IMG/VR virus record: IMGVR_UViG_3300048573_000051
Coordinates: 1 to 15,995 of that record
Direction: 5' to 3' (one strand)
From: a virus
Lineage: Duplodnaviria > Heunggongvirae > Uroviricota > Caudoviricetes
Length of the DNA: 15,995 nucleotides
Positions within the stretch are counted from its first letter, which is position 1, and each line of letters opens with the position of its first letter. The translations under genes and the position numbers were made by a program. Below, one piece after another: positions 13,079-15,995 of the stretch. The notes under the pieces were generated by a model, which worked only from the letters and a program-made list of their open reading frames with translations, did no database searches and was not told the origin of the DNA.

Positions 13079-15361
13079 ATGGCTTCTATCGTAAGAATTA
13101 AACGCTCAGATGTAGCAGGTAATCCTTCTACTCTTGGTCAAGGTGAATTAGCCTATTCTGCGTTACCAGATAACGGTAGTAACGGTGGTGATCGTCTATA
13201 CGTAGGTATGGGTACAGAGACTGCAGGTAATGCAGTTAACCACGTTGTTATCGGCGGTAAATACTTTACAGATAAACTCGATCATACTCCCGGTACAGTT
13301 ACACCTTCATCTGCGATCATCGTTGATGCCAACGGTAAGATTGACAACCTCAAAGTAGACAACATTGAAATTGATGCTAACACGATTAGCTCAACAAACC
13401 TAAACGGTAACGTAAACATTGCACCAAATGGTTCAGGTTCTATTGTTCTAGATGGTCAATCTTGGCCTCAAACGTCCGGTACAAACGGACAATATTTAAA
13501 GACAGACGGTTCAGGTCAAACCGTGTGGAGTAGTCCACCTTCAGGTGATTTCACTATCCAAGGCGACTCAGGTAGCGATTTATTCAGTAATGGCGATACC
13601 CTGATCTTTTCAGGTACAGATGCAATTGACACTGTAGTAACCGATAATGAAGTTACAATTTCTGTAAAAGATGCAAGTAATACTCAAAAGGGTGTAGCAA
13701 GTTTCAATACTACAGATTTCTCTGTAGCAGGTGGTGCTGTCAGTATTAACCACGAACACATTCAAGATGTAGTTGGTACAATGGTTAGCTCCAACGTAGA
13801 AACTGGTATTTCTGTTACTTACGATGATACGAATGGTAAATTAGATTTTGCAGTTAATAGTCCTGTCATCACCATCTCTGGAGATGTAGACGGTACTGCT
13901 ACGATGACCAATTTGGGTAACACAACCATTGCTGTTATACTAGATACAGTGAACTCCAACGTAGGTACATTTGGTTCTTCAAGTGCAGTTCCTGTTGTAA
14001 CTGTAAACGAAAAAGGCTTAGTAACTGCTGTAAGTACTGCAGGTATTTCAACTTCATTCACTATTGCTGCTGATACTGGTACTCCTGATGTTTTCAACAA
14101 TGGTGAGACACTATCAATTGTAGGTGGTGAAGGTATTGATACCAGTATCAGCGGTGCAACTAATACAATTACAATTTCTGCTGAAAACGCTTCAGACACC
14201 AATAAAGGTGTAGCTACTTTTAATGCAGCTAACTTCTTGGTAACTTCTGGCGATGTTATCCTCAAAGACGCAGGTGTTACAAACGCAAAGTTAGTTAACT
14301 CCAGTGTAACCGTAGGTACTTCGAACGTAGCACTAGGTGCAACGATTACTTCTTTAACTGGTCTAACTGAAGTTCAAGTAGATAATTTAAACCTTAACGG
14401 TAACTCCTTAACCGCAACTGACGTTAACGGCAGTGTCGTATTGGTCCCTAACGGTAACGGTGTAGTTGATGTTTCAGATTCCCGTATTACTGGTGTAGCC
14501 GATCCTGTCAATGCAACAGATGCTGCCAACAAAGTTTACGTAGATAATGCTGTCACTGGTTTGAGTTTTAAGGCTGCTGTTAATCTTTTTGCTAATACAA
14601 ACATCGCATTAACAGGTAGCACTTCAACATTGGTTATTGATGGTCACTCTGCCTTAGATCAAACTGACAACGGTTATCGCATTTTACTTACTGCACAGAC
14701 AACAAACTCTGAAAACGGTATTTATGTTTATGCAGATAACGGTACAACTTACACACTATCCCGTGCTGCTGATACAGATGTTTACACCGAATTAGATGGT
14801 GCTTCAGTCTTCGTTGTAGAAGGCACTACATACGCTCAAACAGGTTGGGTACAAACTAATCATTATTTAACTAGCTTTGCAGGTCAAACTTGGGTTCAGT
14901 TCTCAGGTTCCGGTGCATATGTAGCTGGTGAAGGTTTAACATTAACTGGTACAACTTTCGATGTAGGCGCTGGCGCTGGTATTGCAGTAACTGCTAACGC
15001 TGTATCTCTTGCAGACTCAGTTGCAGGTAACGGTCTAGCATTTAACGCAGGTGTAGTAAGTGCAGTTGGTACTGCTAATAGAATTGCAGTGAGCGCAGAC
15101 GCAATCGATATTGCTTCTACATACGTAGGTCAAACCAGTATCACCACATTAGGCACTATCTCAAGTGGTACTTGGTCTGCTGATACCATTGCTACTACCA
15201 AGGGCGGTACAGGCTTGACAACTTACGCAACTGGTGATATACTGTATGCTTCTGGTTCAGATACTCTATCTAAATTAAGTATTGGAACTAACGGTAAGGT
15301 GCTGCAAGTAAATGGTAGCGGTGTTCCAGTTTGGGCTGACATTGATGGTGGTACATACTAA
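13079..15361 (+). CDS. Long virion fibre protein (760 aa), Mtd-N-like N-terminus, internal repeats
   Basis: IVRIKRSDVAGNPSTLGQGELAYS; G/T/S/N/V-rich beta repeats; duplicated modules; ends IDGGTY. Confidence 0.8.
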   Translation: MASIVRIKRSDVAGNPSTLGQGELAYSALPDNGSNGGDRLYVGMGTETAGNAVNHVVIGGKYFTDKLDHTPGTVTPSSAIIVDANGKIDNLKVDNIEIDANTISSTNLNGNVNIAPNGSGSIVLDGQSWPQTSGTNGQYLKTDGSGQTVWSSPPSGDFTIQGDSGSDLFSNGDTLIFSGTDAIDTVVTDNEVTISVKDASNTQKGVASFNTTDFSVAGGAVSINHEHIQDVVGTMVSSNVETGISVTYDDTNGKLDFAVNSPVITISGDVDGTATMTNLGNTTIAVILDTVNSNVGTFGSSSAVPVVTVNEKGLVTAVSTAGISTSFTIAADTGTPDVFNNGETLSIVGGEGIDTSISGATNTITISAENASDTNKGVATFNAANFLVTSGDVILKDAGVTNAKLVNSSVTVGTSNVALGATITSLTGLTEVQVDNLNLNGNSLTATDVNGSVVLVPNGNGVVDVSDSRITGVADPVNATDAANKVYVDNAVTGLSFKAAVNLFANTNIALTGSTSTLVIDGHSALDQTDNGYRILLTAQTTNSENGIYVYADNGTTYTLSRAADTDVYTELDGASVFVVEGTTYAQTGWVQTNHYLTSFAGQTWVQFSGSGAYVAGEGLTLTGTTFDVGAGAGIAVTANAVSLADSVAGNGLAFNAGVVSAVGTANRIAVSADAIDIASTYVGQTSITTLGTISSGTWSADTIATTKGGTGLTTYATGDILYASGSDTLSKLSIGTNGKVLQVNGSGVPVWADIDGGTY

Positions 15362-15379
15362 ATCATGTATTTGATTAAT

Positions 15380-15406
15380 GGGCGGTTTTTACCGCCCTTT
15401 TCTTTT
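15380..15406 (+). terminator. Rho-independent terminator
   Basis: GGGCGGT-TTTT-ACCGCCC followed by TTTTCTTTT. Confidence 0.9.
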
Positions 15407-15426
15407 CCCTTTATTAAGGATTGCAA

Positions 15427-15995
15427 ATGCCAAGTAAGATTATATTAAAGAAGTCTTCAGTAGCTTCTAAAGTACCCGTTGCAGGTGATTTAGATTTCGG
15501 TGAATTAGCTATTAACTATACTGACGGTAAGTTATATTTCAAAAAGGCAGATGGTAATATTGACGCTTTTTCAAAAGGTTCTGAATCTTCTGCAGGTGTT
15601 GCAATCTCTGAGTCTGCACCTCCGAGTCCAAGTCCGGGTACGTTATGGTGGAATTCTGCTACAGGTAATCTTAATATATTTTTTGATGATGGTAGTTCTT
15701 CACAGTGGGTAAGTGCAGCAGGTGTCTCTGAGATAATTAACATAGAGGGATCGGGAAGTGCTACAAGTGTAAGTCCTTACTCTAATGAATATGTGGTAAC
15801 AGGAACTACAACTGATGCTAACGAAACAGAAATATTTGTAAACGGTGTTTTAAACTCTAGAATTCCAGTTGCACCTGACACAGTTTGTGCATATTCTATC
15901 GATATTGTAGCCAGAAGAACAAATGCAACAGGAGGCTATGCCTTTTTCCAATTAAAGAGTGCAGCAAGTAACACAGCCAGTACGGTTTCAAACGT
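15427..15995 (+). CDS. Second fibre-like virion protein, 3'-truncated by the window (absent from ORF track)
   Basis: AAGGA SD, ATG 15427, open to the end: MPSKIILKKSSVASKVPVAGDLDFGELAINYTDGKLYFK...PSPGTLWWNSATGNL...; Mtd-N-like start. Confidence 0.85.
   Translation, partial: MPSKIILKKSSVASKVPVAGDLDFGELAINYTDGKLYFKKADGNIDAFSKGSESSAGVAISESAPPSPSPGTLWWNSATGNLNIFFDDGSSSQWVSAAGVSEIINIEGSGSATSVSPYSNEYVVTGTTTDANETEIFVNGVLNSRIPVAPDTVCAYSIDIVARRTNATGGYAFFQLKSAASNTASTVSN

Noticed and set aside
7906-15743. Minus-strand ORFs 7906-8145, 9805-10038, 10919-11113, 13819-14265, 15516-15743
   Set aside because: Antisense shadows of structural genes, favoured by their codon bias.
136-15995. Stop-codon reassignment
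   Set aside because: Genes are full length and densely packed under the standard code; no suppressor tRNA among the seven.

Overview
This window is part of a large, AT-rich tailed dsDNA phage genome that uses host sigma70-type promoters. Left end (1-1070): a palindrome-rich 49-bp tandem repeat, a GC-richer Cys-rich (probable Fe-S) gene, a small membrane peptide and a terminator. A minus-strand operon follows (hypothetical - phoH - HNH/AP2 endonuclease - ClpP-like protease). Back-to-back promoters at about 4065-4144 precede an AT-rich repeat region (candidate origin) and a degenerate HNH gene. Next is a roughly 2-kb RNA-rich block with 7 tRNAs (CAT, Glu, Asn, Trp, Ser, Pro, Tyr; three atypical). 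It is interspersed with at least four non-tRNA segments that fold by eye into elaborate structures: a rod with two identical AA/CCC internal loops, a five-way junction displaying an anti-Shine-Dalgarno-like loop, and two pseudoknotted RNAs. The packaging module follows (terS - HNH with a pseudoknotted leader - terL - portal - GIY-YIG), then a run of virion fibre/decoration genes cut by the window end. The candidate structured ncRNAs are the most promising undescribed elements. All folds were derived manually and family names come from motif recognition, not database searches.
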